Below, piece after piece: positions 32,385-42,427 of a stretch of 64,000 nucleotides of DNA. The notes beneath the pieces are model-generated. The model saw only the letters and a program-made list of their open reading frames with translations, searched no databases and was not told the origin of the DNA. Every line of letters begins with the position of its first letter. The first letter of the stretch is position 1. The stretch lies in the NCBI GenBank assembly GCA_964291675.2, contig OZ219865.1:960001-1024000 (forward strand). The letters run 5' to 3'. The position numbers and the translations under genes are program-made. This stretch comes from Alphaproteobacteria bacterium (lineage in GTDB: Bacteria; Pseudomonadota; Alphaproteobacteria; MPNO01).

Positions 32385-33410
32385 TCAACCCGTTGCGGCG
32401 TCCGCCAGGAACCGGTCCAGCCGCTCTATCATCGCGGCCTTTTCGGCTTGCGGCGCGAAGGAGCCGACGAAGGCGTTGCGCATCAGCGCGGCGATCTCCG
32501 CCCGGGTATAGCCGCCATGCGCCCGCACCGCGCTCAGCAGGTCGGTCAGGTAGCCGCTGGCGAACAGGGCCGGGTCGTCGGTATTGACCGTGACCCGGAC
32601 GCCGGCGTCGAACAGTTGGCGCAGGCGGCGGAGCCGGCGCGGGCCGGGATCGCCGGGCCGAAAGGTCGGGCACACCGTGAGGCAGATATCGCGCTCGATC
32701 AGGGTCTCGACGACGCGCGGGTCCTCGACCGCGTTGACGCCGTGGTCGATGCGGTCGAGCCGCAGCAGATCCAGGCATTGCCGGATATGCTCTATGGAGT
32801 TTTCCTGGTCGACGTCGCAATGGGCGGTCAGCCGGTAGCCCTCCCCTCGCGCCCGGTCGAACAGGGCGGCGAACTTGCGCGGCGGGTTGCCCCGCTCGGC
32901 GGAATCCAGCCCGAAGCCGGCGATCCGGTCGCGCCACGGCCGCAGGATGTCGAACAGCGGCCAGGCCTCGTCCAGCGGACGGTCGCGGTTGACGCACAGG
33001 ATGAGATTGCTCGAAACGCCCCAATCGCGCCGCGCCTCTTCGACCGCCGCCAGGATCCCGCCCATGAAGGCCTCGGGCGCCACGCCGCGCGCCAGATGCG
33101 GCTGCGGATCGAAGGAGAGCTCGGCATAGATCGTGTTCTCGTCCCGGCAGCGCCGCAGGTAGGTGGCCGTGAGGTCGCAAAAATCCCGCTCCGTGCGCAG
33201 CACTGCCATGCCCTCGTAGTAGATGGCGAGGAATTCCTCGAGGCTGGCATAGTCGTAGCTCCGGGTGTCGGCGCGCGGATCGACGTCCGGCACGGGAAGC
33301 CCGTTGCGCCGGGCCAGCGCGACCCGCAATGCCGGGCCGAGCGTGCCCTCGATATGGAGATGCAGCTCCGCCTTCGGGATCGCGCGGATGAAGTCCTCCG
33401 GCCCGGCCAT
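32385..33410 (-). CDS. adenosine/adenine deaminase family protein (HCD variant)
   Basis: PKAELHLHIEG, TAHCDVDQ, RIDHG, NTDDP. Confidence 0.88.
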   Translation of the reverse strand: MAGPEDFIRAIPKAELHLHIEGTLGPALRVALARRNGLPVPDVDPRADTRSYDYASLEEFLAIYYEGMAVLRTERDFCDLTATYLRRCRDENTIYAELSFDPQPHLARGVAPEAFMGGILAAVEEARRDWGVSSNLILCVNRDRPLDEAWPLFDILRPWRDRIAGFGLDSAERGNPPRKFAALFDRARGEGYRLTAHCDVDQENSIEHIRQCLDLLRLDRIDHGVNAVEDPRVVETLIERDICLTVCPTFRPGDPGPRRLRRLRQLFDAGVRVTVNTDDPALFASGYLTDLLSAVRAHGGYTRAEIAALMRNAFVGSFAPQAEKAAMIERLDRFLADAATG

Positions 33411-33411
33411 G

Positions 33412-34218
33412 CTACCGGTCCGCGAACACGTCGAGCCCGACCGTGCGCTCGACCAGCAGGAAGAAGGCCAGGGTGATGACGATCATCAGCGAGGAGACCG
33501 CCGCCGGGGTCGGATCGGGCAGGTATTCGATATGCGACATCAGCTCGACCGGCAGGGTGCGCGCCTCCCGCGCCGACAGGAAGGCGGAGATCGTCACGTC
33601 GTTGAAGGAGAAGGTGAAGGCGATGATGGCGCCGGCGACGATGCCGGGCACGATCAGCGGAAAGACGATCAGCCAGAAGGCGCTCCAGCGCGTCGCGCCC
33701 AGGCTCTGCGCCGCCTCTTCGAGGGAAATGTCGCTGCCGGCCATGCTCGACCAGACCGAGCGCAGGGTGAACGGCGTCGTCACCATGGTGTGGCCGATGA
33801 TCAGGTTCAGCAATCCGGCATCCTGGGTCTCGATCAGGACCGAGACGTTGAGCAGGGCGAAGCCGACCACCACGCCGGGAATGATCAGCGGGCTGAGCAC
33901 GGCATACTCGAACAGGCCGCGACCGTGGAACCGGTGCCGCGCCAGCACCCGGGCGGCGGCGATGCCGAGCGCCACGGCGATGGCAGTCGACACGACCGCG
34001 ATGACGACGCTGTTCCAGAAGGTCGACCAGACCCATTCGGAATCGAAGGCCGAGAGGTACCAGCGCACCGAATAGCCGGGCGGCGGAAAGGTCAGGTAGG
34101 TCGAGCTGGTGAAGGACGAGGCCAGCGTGACCACGATCGGCGCGACCAGGAAGACCAGCCAGAAGATCGCCATCGCCGTGACGAGGCCGCGGCCGGAGCG
34201 GAGGAACAAGTCACCCAT
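33412..34218 (-). CDS. ABC transporter permease (PotC-like)
   Basis: LEEAAQSLGA EAA motif, SFND. Confidence 0.9.
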   Translation of the reverse strand: MGDLFLRSGRGLVTAMAIFWLVFLVAPIVVTLASSFTSSTYLTFPPPGYSVRWYLSAFDSEWVWSTFWNSVVIAVVSTAIAVALGIAAARVLARHRFHGRGLFEYAVLSPLIIPGVVVGFALLNVSVLIETQDAGLLNLIIGHTMVTTPFTLRSVWSSMAGSDISLEEAAQSLGATRWSAFWLIVFPLIVPGIVAGAIIAFTFSFNDVTISAFLSAREARTLPVELMSHIEYLPDPTPAAVSSLMIVITLAFFLLVERTVGLDVFADR

Positions 34219-35074
34219 AGCTGCGCATCCCCCGGCTCGAGACGAAGCGATGGATCGTGACGAACAGGATGCCGAGGATCAGCAGGACGATCCCGATCGA
34301 CGCCGCCAGCCGCCAGTCGAACAGGGTGAAGGCGTAGTCGTAGAGCAGCGTCGTCAGGATCGGGGTGCGGCCGCCGCCGAGCAGGAAGGGCGTGGCGAAG
34401 GCGGTCATGGCCAGGCTGAAGACCAGCAGCGTGCCGGTCAGCAGCCCGGGCAGGGTGAGCGGTATGACGATGCGCCAGAACACGCTCGCCGGCGAGGCGC
34501 CCAGGCTTTCGGCTGCATGCCGGAGGTTCGGATCGATGCGCTGGAGCACCGCGAGCAGCGACAGGATCATGTATGGCATCAGCAGATGGGTCTCGCCGAC
34601 GACGATGCCGATCTCGTTCTGGACCAGGGCGATCGGCCGCTCGATCAGGCCGAGCGCGATCAGCCCCTTGTTGGCGAGCCCCGAATCGCCGAGCAGGACC
34701 GTCCAGCCGAAGGCGCGGACCACGGCCGAGATCAGGAAGGGAAAGATCACGACCGCCAGCAGCAGGCCGCGCCAGCGCGGCGCGCAGCGCGCGATGAACA
34801 GCGCCACCGGGTAGCCCGCGAACAGGCAGATCAGGGTGACGATCAGGCTGACGCGAAGCGTGCGGTTCAGCGCCTGCTGGCCGATCTTGCTGTCGAACAG
34901 GCCGAGCACATTGGTGAAGTCGGGCCATTCGCCGGCTGCGGCCGTCGGTTCCAGCCCCTTGACCAGCAGCAGGGCGCAGGGCACCACGATGAACACGGCG
35001 AATGCCAGAAGAACCGGCGTCGCAAGGCTGGCCGGAAATCGGCCGCCGCTGCCCCAGCCACGGCTGGCGGTCAC
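34211..35074 (-). CDS. ABC transporter permease (PotB-like)
   Basis: VVRAFGW, AAESLGA, FATPFLLGG. Confidence 0.9.
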   Translation of the reverse strand: MTASRGWGSGGRFPASLATPVLLAFAVFIVVPCALLLVKGLEPTAAAGEWPDFTNVLGLFDSKIGQQALNRTLRVSLIVTLICLFAGYPVALFIARCAPRWRGLLLAVVIFPFLISAVVRAFGWTVLLGDSGLANKGLIALGLIERPIALVQNEIGIVVGETHLLMPYMILSLLAVLQRIDPNLRHAAESLGASPASVFWRIVIPLTLPGLLTGTLLVFSLAMTAFATPFLLGGGRTPILTTLLYDYAFTLFDWRLAASIGIVLLILGILFVTIHRFVSSRGMRSYG

Positions 35075-35084
35075 GGGAGCGCGG

Positions 35085-36197
35085 TCACGCCCGGGCCCCG
35101 GAACCGCCCGCCGGCGCGTCGGGCCGCAGCAGCTTGATGGCGCCAGGCGGCAGATGCAGGCGGACGCTGCCGCCGACCGGGAATTCCTGCTGTGCCGTCG
35201 CGATCAGCGGCTCGGGCAGGGCGGGGCAATCGACCTGGTAGACGATGGCCGAGCCGATATAGGTGAATTCGCGCACCGTTCCGTCCAGCGCGTTCGGACC
35301 GTCGGTCGTCTCGCCCTTGTCGCCGCCGCGCCGCAGGGCGACCTCCTCGGAACGGATTCCGAGCACGACGGCGCCGTCCGGCGGCCGGGTCGCCGCGACA
35401 TGCAGCACCGCCGCGCTATCGTCAATCGAGACGGCAACCGTGCCGTCGTTCGGGGCGGCATCGCCGACGGTGCCCGGAAACAGGTTCTCGACGCCCAGGA
35501 AGTCGGCGACATAGGCCGATGCGGGCTGTTCCCAGATCGCTTTCGGCGGTGCCGCGCCGGCGACCGTGCCGAGGTTCATCACGACGATCTGGTCCGAGAG
35601 GGTGAGCGCCTCCTCCTGATCGTGGGTCACGAAGATCGAGGTGACGCCGGTCTCGCGCTGGATGCGCTTCAGCTCGAAGCGCATCTCGGCGCGCAGCTTG
35701 GCGTCGAGGTTGGACAGCGGCTCGTCGAGCAGCAGCACGTCCGGCCGGATCACCAGCGCGCGGGCCAGCGCGACGCGCTGCTGCTGGCCGCCGGAGAGCT
35801 GGCGCGGGTAGCGCTGGGCGAGGTCCGGCAGGCCGACCAGGTCGATCGCCTCCGCGACCCGCTCGGCGGTCTCGCTGCGCGGCACCTTGCGCCGCCTGAG
35901 GCCGAAGGCGACGTTGTCGAACACCGTCATGAACGGGAACAGGGCGTAGTTCTGGAAGACGACGCCGAGATTGCGCCGCCACGGCGGCAGCGCATCGACC
36001 GACCGGCCGCCGATGCGCACCTCCCCCTCGTCGAGCGCGGCGAAGCCGGCGATCAGGCGGAGCGTCGTCGTCTTGCCGCAGCCGCTGGGGCCGAGCAGGC
36101 TGGTGAAGCTGCCGACCGGGGCGGTGAAGCTGACGCCCCTCACCGCCCAGAGATCGTCATACCGTTTCGATACGCCGGAAACCTCGACGTCGGACAT
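35085..36197 (-). CDS. ABC transporter ATP-binding protein (PotA-like)
   Basis: GPSGCGKT, LSGGQQQR, LLDEPLSNLD, VTHDQEEA. Confidence 0.93.
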   Translation of the reverse strand: MSDVEVSGVSKRYDDLWAVRGVSFTAPVGSFTSLLGPSGCGKTTTLRLIAGFAALDEGEVRIGGRSVDALPPWRRNLGVVFQNYALFPFMTVFDNVAFGLRRRKVPRSETAERVAEAIDLVGLPDLAQRYPRQLSGGQQQRVALARALVIRPDVLLLDEPLSNLDAKLRAEMRFELKRIQRETGVTSIFVTHDQEEALTLSDQIVVMNLGTVAGAAPPKAIWEQPASAYVADFLGVENLFPGTVGDAAPNDGTVAVSIDDSAAVLHVAATRPPDGAVVLGIRSEEVALRRGGDKGETTDGPNALDGTVREFTYIGSAIVYQVDCPALPEPLIATAQQEFPVGGSVRLHLPPGAIKLLRPDAPAGGSGARA

Positions 36198-36250
36198 CGG
36201 CCGATCCCGGAACGGGGCCCGGCGCGGGACGTTACGGCCCTGGGCGATCC

Positions 36251-37303
36251 CTATTTGGCGACGATCTCTTCCTGGAACCGCTTGAGCCAGCCGCCGAGCT
36301 TCGCCGCAATCTTGGTCGCATCGTAGTGATGCATCCGCGAGATCTGGTCCGGCGTCACCATGTTGTAGACGGTCCCCGCCGGGATCGGCACCGTCTTGTT
36401 GACCGGCGAATCGCCGGCTTCCCTGGCGATCCGCGCCTGGTGTTCCGCCGACAGGTAGAAGTTCAGGAACTGCTCGGCCACCGCCTTGTTCTCGCTCGCC
36501 TTCAGGACGCAAGCCAGGTTGACGACGCCCACGCCGCCATCCTTCGGCCAGGCGAAGCTCAGCGGCACCTTGGGGTCCTTCCTCACGAAGATGTTGAGCA
36601 TCGGCGCGATCGAGGCATCGCCCTGGTTGATCGCCTTCAGGATCTCGAAGATGCGGAATAGCTGCACCCTGTCCTTGATCGTCGCCAGCTTCGCCATGCC
36701 CTTGCCGATATCGTCGATACCGCCGCCGTGCAGCTCGGCGATGCGGGTCATCACCAGCGGCGAATAGGACTGGCTGAGGACGGGATAGCCGGGGCGGCCC
36801 TTCAGGTCCGTGCGGAACAAATCGTTCCACGAGGCCGGCGGCGATTCGAAATGGTCCTTGTTGTAGGCGAGGCCGGCGCCGAGCACCGTGATCGCCGGGC
36901 ACATGCCGCCGCCCAGCGGATCCTTGGCAAATTCGTAAAGCTGCGAGACGTTGGGCACGTTGGCCGGGTCGATCGCCGTCAGGATGCCCTCGTCCCGCAG
37001 GATCGCCATCTGGTGCACGGTCAGGAAGACCACGTCGGTGCCCTTGCCCTTCGTGGCCTTCATCTTGGACAGGCGCACCGCCGACCGGCCGCCGTCGACC
37101 ACCACCTTGTGGCCGGTCGCCTTCTCGAACGGTTCGGCGGCGTGCTTCTTCCATTTGGCGCCGTAGCCGCCGCCCCAGACGGAGACGGTGATGGTGGCCG
37201 CTTGCGCCGCACCGGCGCCGACAAGCAGGACCGCCGCGGACAGCGCGAGGTATCGCATCCCGCTCCGGACCCGCCGGCCGCCTGTTCGGACGTTCCTGAT
37301 CAT
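36251..37303 (-). CDS. ABC transporter substrate-binding protein (PotD-like)
   Basis: Signal peptide, VWGGGYG, PKDGG, FLNFYLS; GGGGGAGG RBS before ATG 37303. Confidence 0.85.
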   Translation of the reverse strand: MIRNVRTGGRRVRSGMRYLALSAAVLLVGAGAAQAATITVSVWGGGYGAKWKKHAAEPFEKATGHKVVVDGGRSAVRLSKMKATKGKGTDVVFLTVHQMAILRDEGILTAIDPANVPNVSQLYEFAKDPLGGGMCPAITVLGAGLAYNKDHFESPPASWNDLFRTDLKGRPGYPVLSQSYSPLVMTRIAELHGGGIDDIGKGMAKLATIKDRVQLFRIFEILKAINQGDASIAPMLNIFVRKDPKVPLSFAWPKDGGVGVVNLACVLKASENKAVAEQFLNFYLSAEHQARIAREAGDSPVNKTVPIPAGTVYNMVTPDQISRMHHYDATKIAAKLGGWLKRFQEEIVAK

Positions 37304-37455
37304 GGCCTCCCCCTCATCTCTTGCATTGACCCGAAGCCGATGCCCCGCGGCCGTCATTTGATCGCATGCAGGCCCAAATTGCCAGCCATGTCTCACCCCG
37401 CGTGCGCAGGCCGCTGCGCAAAATCCGGTGTCGCGCAGCGTCCGGATCTCGGCTT

Positions 37456-38991
37456 TCACCGCCGCACGGACCCCGCATAGGAATCCTGGACGTCGCCGGG
37501 CTCGCGGAAATAGAGCCGCGATGCGTCGCGCACCGGCCGGTAGTCCCAGGGCGTGCGCAGGCCGGCGCCGAGCGCCCGGCCGACAAGGCGCCGCGCCGCC
37601 TGGCTGTCGCGCACCGCCCGGTCCAGGGCGTCGACATCCCAGGTCTCGGCGAGGACGGCTTCGAGCTCCGCGCGCCTGCCGGCGCTGGCGGGATCGCGCG
37701 CGAGGTCGCGGCGTTCGTCCGGGTCGGCGCCGAGGTCGAACAGCATCGGCGGGTCGCCACGGCCCGCGATCAGCTTGTACGGGCCCTTTCGCACCATGAG
37801 CTGGGGCGCACGCGCGCCCTCGGCCGTGTACTCGGCGCAGACCAGGTCCGGCCAGTCCGGCGCGCCGGAAGCGGACGCCAGCGGCGCAAGCGAGCTTCCG
37901 TCGACCGGCGCCGCCAGCTCCGGCAGGGCGCCGTCGCCGGCCGCTTCGAGCAGGGTGGGAAAGAGATCGAGCAGCGAGACATTGGCCGCCACCCGGCCGG
38001 GCGCGAAGGCGAAGGGTGCGTGGACGATCAGGGGAACCCGGACCGACCATTCGAAGAACGACATCTTGAAGAACATGCCGCGCTCGCCGAGCAGGTCGCC
38101 GTGATCGGACGTGAAGACGATCATCGTGTCCTGGGCCGCGCCGATTTCGTCGAGGGTTTCCAGCAGCTTGCCAACCTTGGCATCGACATAGCCGGTGACC
38201 GCGCAATAGGCGCGGCGCATGCGCAGCACGTCGGCTTCGCCGATCGCGTCGCGGTGCCGCCCGGTGAGGAACCAGTGCCGCCGGCTGTGCGGGTCCCGAT
38301 TCTCCAGCGGAATGTCCGCCACCGCCGGGGGCTCCATCTCGACCCCGCGGTACCGCTCCCACCACGGGGGAGGCGCGAGATAGGGGTCGTGCGGGGAGAT
38401 GAACGACACGGTAAGCGCGAACGGCCGGTCGTCCCCGTCGTCGGCCCGCTCGTGCAGCCAGCGGACGGCCTCGAACGCGACCTCGTCGTCGAAGGCGACG
38501 TTGACGCTGCGCCGGTGCGGCCCGGAATCGAGCACCGCCCGCATGCTGTGGTACCACTCGAGCCAGCTCCCGTCGTCCAGGCGCCAGTCCGGCGACCACA
38601 GGAAGGTCGACGGGTAGATGTCGGTGGTGACGCGCTCCTCGTAGCCGTGCAGCTGGTCGGGCCCGACGAAGTGCATCTTGCCGGCGAGACAGGTGCGGTA
38701 GCCCGCGACGCGCAGATAGTGGTTGAAGGTGGGCACCGAGGCGGGGAGCTCGGCCGCGTTGTCGAACGCGCCGATGCGGGACGGCAGCCGCCCGCTCAAC
38801 ATCGAGAACCGCGACGGCGCGCAGAGCGGGAAGTTGCAATAGGCGTTCTCGAACACGACGCCCTGCTCGGCGAGGCGGTCGATATGCGGCGTCAGCGTCC
38901 GCGAGCGGCCATAGGCGCGCAGCATCTGCGGGGCGAGCTGGTCGGCCATGATCAGGAGGAGGTTGGGACGCTTTGCCGCCGGTCTTGACAT
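37456..38991 (-). CDS. betC: choline-sulfatase-like sulfatase
   Basis: PNLLLIMADQL, PLCAPSR, GKMHFVGPDQLHGYEER.TTDIYP, SDHGD. Confidence 0.82.
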   Translation of the reverse strand: MSRPAAKRPNLLLIMADQLAPQMLRAYGRSRTLTPHIDRLAEQGVVFENAYCNFPLCAPSRFSMLSGRLPSRIGAFDNAAELPASVPTFNHYLRVAGYRTCLAGKMHFVGPDQLHGYEERVTTDIYPSTFLWSPDWRLDDGSWLEWYHSMRAVLDSGPHRRSVNVAFDDEVAFEAVRWLHERADDGDDRPFALTVSFISPHDPYLAPPPWWERYRGVEMEPPAVADIPLENRDPHSRRHWFLTGRHRDAIGEADVLRMRRAYCAVTGYVDAKVGKLLETLDEIGAAQDTMIVFTSDHGDLLGERGMFFKMSFFEWSVRVPLIVHAPFAFAPGRVAANVSLLDLFPTLLEAAGDGALPELAAPVDGSSLAPLASASGAPDWPDLVCAEYTAEGARAPQLMVRKGPYKLIAGRGDPPMLFDLGADPDERRDLARDPASAGRRAELEAVLAETWDVDALDRAVRDSQAARRLVGRALGAGLRTPWDYRPVRDASRLYFREPGDVQDSYAGSVRR

Positions 38992-39135
38992 CGAGCCGTC
39001 CTCGATACGGGCGCATGGCCGAGTGTTTCATGCGCCATCCCGCCGCGCCAGCGCTCGTGGCAAGGACGACAGCGGGCCAACGGCAGGGTGCGTGCGTTCC
39101 GGCAGCGAGCCGAAATCCCGGCCGCGGGCCGCTCC

Positions 39136-40269
39136 TCAGCGGACGGCCACCTCGCGCCTGACATGCGGCAGCACCTCCTCGGCGATGCGGCGCATCATGC
39201 CGAGCTGGTCGGGCGAGGCGATGACGAGCTGGAACACGGTGACGCCCAGGTCGATATAGCGGTTGATTTTCTCGGCCATCTCGCGGCCCGGCCCGGCGAG
39301 CGCCCAGCGGTCCACCAGATCGGACGAGGCCTTGTCCTTGCCGGGCGGCGGGCCGTGGAAGTCGGTGAGCTGGTTCTGCACCCCCTGCCACGCCTTGCCG
39401 GGGTCGTCGTCGCAATTGGCGAACCAGTTCATGCCCTTCACCGTCGGCCCGCCATAGACCGCGCCGGCGCCGGGCGCCTTGCCGGCATCCGCCGCGATGC
39501 GCTCGATATCGGCCCAGATGTCGCGGTACTCGTCGGGCAGCGGGTGGACGGCGAGCCAGCCGTCGCCCTGCTCGGCGACCACCCGGCGGATCTTCGGGCC
39601 CATCATCAGCGTGCCCGCCACCTTCTCGTTCCAGGTGTAGTGGTGGGCGCCGACGCCGTCGATCGGGACATAGATGCCGCCGCCGACGAGGACGGGCGGC
39701 TTCTCGGCCGGCCGCGCGATGCCCAGCGTCATCTCGCCGAAGGCGAAGAACTCGCCGTCATAGGCGAACTTGTCCTCGGTCCACAGCCGGTTCATCACGT
39801 CGAGGCATTCGGCGAACAGCGCCGTGCGGCGGGCGAAGAACTGCCCGGGCCGGAGCGCCTCCTTGTTGGGCCCGCGCACCGCGACCAGGGCGTCGAACTG
39901 GCGCTTGAAGATGGTCGACTTGCCCGCCCCGGTGCCGGCGCCGAGGACGGCGCGGCCCTCCGAGACCTCCCACAGCGTCGCCCATTGCTGGGCGACATGG
40001 ACCGGGTTGCGGATCTGCGGGATCAGGATGCCGGTGCAGAGCTTTATGCGGTCGGTCCGGGCGGCGGCGGCGGTCAGCGCGCCGATCGGGCAATAGGCCG
40101 CCGTGGTGCGCCGCCCGCCGAGCGCATCGTGCACCCAGACGGCATCGAACCCCATCGCCTCGGCCTCGCTGGCGGCGTGCAGCAATTGCCCGAGGTCGTA
40201 GGACCGGCCGGTGATCCCCATGGTGTTGTTGATCGACGTGCCGACGACGATCTCGCTGCCAAGCGCCAT
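39136..40269 (-). CDS. LLM class flavin-dependent oxidoreductase
   Basis: AEAMGFDAVWVHD, RIKLCTGIL...RNP, SEGRAVLGAG, GDGW. Confidence 0.85.
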   Translation of the reverse strand: MALGSEIVVGTSINNTMGITGRSYDLGQLLHAASEAEAMGFDAVWVHDALGGRRTTAAYCPIGALTAAAARTDRIKLCTGILIPQIRNPVHVAQQWATLWEVSEGRAVLGAGTGAGKSTIFKRQFDALVAVRGPNKEALRPGQFFARRTALFAECLDVMNRLWTEDKFAYDGEFFAFGEMTLGIARPAEKPPVLVGGGIYVPIDGVGAHHYTWNEKVAGTLMMGPKIRRVVAEQGDGWLAVHPLPDEYRDIWADIERIAADAGKAPGAGAVYGGPTVKGMNWFANCDDDPGKAWQGVQNQLTDFHGPPPGKDKASSDLVDRWALAGPGREMAEKINRYIDLGVTVFQLVIASPDQLGMMRRIAEEVLPHVRREVAVR

Positions 40270-40396
40270 GCCGTGCCTCCGCTTGCTTCCGCGGATGCGA
40301 CCATAGACGCCCGCCCCGCGCGATCAAGCCGGGCGCGCTTTTCAACCCATGGCCTATTCCCGATAATCGCGCCTTCACGGCAACCGGCGAGGCAGC

Positions 40397-41041
40397 ATGT
40401 TCTACGAACCGCGCGACAACGACCACGGGCTTCCGTTCAACCCGCTGAAATCCTGCGTGGTGCCGCGGCCGATCGGCTGGATCTCGACGGTGGATTCCGC
40501 CGGCGCGGTCAATCTCGCGCCGTTCAGCTTCTTCAACATGCTGAGCTACAACCCGCCCTACGTCCTGTTCTCGTCGGGCATGCACGCCGATTCGGCGCAC
40601 AAGGACACGGTGCGGAACGTCGAGCAGACCGGCGAGTTCGTCTACAACATGGCGACCTGGGCGCAGCGCGAGCAGATGAACCAATCGGCCCTGATCGTCG
40701 AGCGCGGGGTCGACGAGCTCGCCGCCGCCGGGCTGGAGCCGCTGCCCTCGCTCCTGGTGCGCCCGCCCCGGGTGAAGGGCGCGCCGGTTCATTTCGAGTG
40801 CCGCCATTACCGCACGCTCGACCTCCCCGGACGGACTCCGCGGGCGGCGCACAAGGTGGTGCTCGGCGAGGTGGTCGGCGTCCACATCGACGATGCCGCG
40901 CTGACCGCCGACGGGCTGGTCGACGTGGCCCGCATCCGCCCCATCGCCCGCCTCGGCTACATGGACTATGTCAGCGTGGAAGAGATCTTCTCGATGGATA
41001 AGGAGATGCCCGAAGAGAGGATCGGCCAGGCCGCCGAGTAG
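40397..41041 (+). CDS. flavin reductase family protein
   Basis: VVPRPIGWIST, NLAPFSFFN, KDTVRNVEQTGEFV, IARLG. Confidence 0.9.
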   Translation: MFYEPRDNDHGLPFNPLKSCVVPRPIGWISTVDSAGAVNLAPFSFFNMLSYNPPYVLFSSGMHADSAHKDTVRNVEQTGEFVYNMATWAQREQMNQSALIVERGVDELAAAGLEPLPSLLVRPPRVKGAPVHFECRHYRTLDLPGRTPRAAHKVVLGEVVGVHIDDAALTADGLVDVARIRPIARLGYMDYVSVEEIFSMDKEMPEERIGQAAE

Positions 41042-41087
41042 GGGGGCAACGCCGTATCGAGAGACGCCCCGTCCGGTCCCCCTCCCC

Positions 41088-41198
41088 GTCATGGCCGGAC
41101 TTGTTCCGGCCATCCATGCGGCCCGGCGAGCGCAGCACGACCGGCCGATGGAGACGCCCGGAACACCCCTGGGACTCGTTCCCGGGGGCCGGGCATGA
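41088..41198. repeat. palindromic repeat family 2 copy
   Basis: GTCATGGCCGGACTTGTTCCGGCCATCCA...GCCGGGCATGA; family 1 half-site CGTATCGAGAGACGC at ~41053-41067. Confidence 0.75.
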
Positions 41199-41440
41199 GG
41201 ATAGGACGGGCGTCGGCGGGGTCCCGGCGACGGACGATCGCCGACGACGAAGGGCTTCGCGGCGATACCGGCCCATCGCTCCTTCGCTCTGGCAGTGCCC
41301 TAGTGGACGGCCGAAACGCTTTTGGCGCGAACGCGGCGAGAGGGCAACGCGACCGCGCCCGATCTTGTATTCCGACAGCGACGGAGCTTACCTTAATCGG
41401 CAACGAAGCGATTCCTGGAATTCCCCGCGAGGGCGTACGA

Positions 41441-42427
41441 GTGACACCAACGGCGCTTTGGCGAAACATCGAGTCCCGCCTTGACACATCCCTCAAGGAC
41501 TGGCGCAGCCGGGTCGACAGCTTCCACCAGGTCGCCGCGGTCGAAGCGAGAGCGGCCGGCCGGGCGTGGAGCGACGACGACACGTTCCGGGGGCTGCTGC
41601 TCGCCGTGTTGTCGAACAACGCGGACTGGTCGAAGATCGAACGCGTTCAACCGGACCTCGCGAAGCTGTTCTCCGATTTCAGCCTGAACTCCTACGCCAA
41701 ACTGCCGGCCTGCGAGATCCGAGACCGTATCTTGCCCTGGTTTCTCGAACGCAAGGCGGGTTCCGTCTCCCTTGAGAGAGATCTCGTAAATCTCATCGAC
41801 TCCGCACGCCTGCTGACCGAACACAGCCGAGTCCACGGCACGGCGGAAGGCTACTTCACGTCCCTCGTGCGAAAATTTGACGGCGATCCCAAGAAAGCGG
41901 CTCTGCTGCTCGGGTCCCGCGGCGAGTACAAGCTTCCCGCCTTCGGGGTGGCTCTGGCGGCCGAAGCGCTGAAGAACCTGGGCTTCGACGTGGCCAAGCC
42001 CGACCGTCATGTAGCGCGGGCAGTGGCTTCCTTCGGTCTGGTCCATTTCGGGAAATGGCCCGGCAGAGACGGTCGAACCGCGCCCCCACTGTCGTCCAAG
42101 AAGTCGTATCTGGCTGTAATGGGAGCAGTGCAGGACATCGCAAGCGCCGCCGGCATGCCGGTCGTCATGGTCGACAACGCCATCTGGCTGTTGTGCGCGA
42201 AGAGCGGCCTCTACCTGACCAACCCGAAACTCGCCGAGCTGGCCCGGGAGAGCGGGGCCCCGGAGGGACGGGCAGAGGCGGTCGCCGCGCTGATCGAGTC
42301 CTGGGCGGCCATTCAGGACGGCGGTGAACAGCGAGAAACAGTCGACTGTCTCATCGAAGGCCTGGACAGCGAACGGCTATCGGTGCGGAAGCTCTTTCCC
42401 GGGGAGTTGAAGGGCCGGAGTTGGTGA
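41441..42427 (+). CDS. Tag/HhH-like DNA glycosylase-family protein with C-terminal antitoxin-like tail
   Basis: SDDDTFRGLLLAVLS..DWSKIE....L..LFSDF (Tag-like), KLPAFGVALAAEALKNLGFDVAKPDRHV (HhH-like), tail EQRETVDCLIEGLDSERLSVRKLFP; GTG start 41441 inferred. Confidence 0.65.
   Translation: MTPTALWRNIESRLDTSLKDWRSRVDSFHQVAAVEARAAGRAWSDDDTFRGLLLAVLSNNADWSKIERVQPDLAKLFSDFSLNSYAKLPACEIRDRILPWFLERKAGSVSLERDLVNLIDSARLLTEHSRVHGTAEGYFTSLVRKFDGDPKKAALLLGSRGEYKLPAFGVALAAEALKNLGFDVAKPDRHVARAVASFGLVHFGKWPGRDGRTAPPLSSKKSYLAVMGAVQDIASAAGMPVVMVDNAIWLLCAKSGLYLTNPKLAELARESGAPEGRAEAVAALIESWAAIQDGGEQRETVDCLIEGLDSERLSVRKLFPGELKGRSW

Noticed and set aside
37360-37395. Sigma54 promoter upstream of the ABC SBP (also considered near 6555-6580)
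   Set aside because: GG-N10-GC spacing not satisfied.
36251-39415. Apparent long N-terminal extensions or fusions in the ORF track (SBP, aspS, argG, cyclase, folD)
   Set aside because: Open frames upstream of the true starts that overlap other genes; starts were trimmed using motifs and RBS.
41195-41440. ATG 41195 as start of the glycosylase-like ORF
   Set aside because: Lies within a palindromic repeat and the first 82 codons look non-coding; GTG 41441 preferred.
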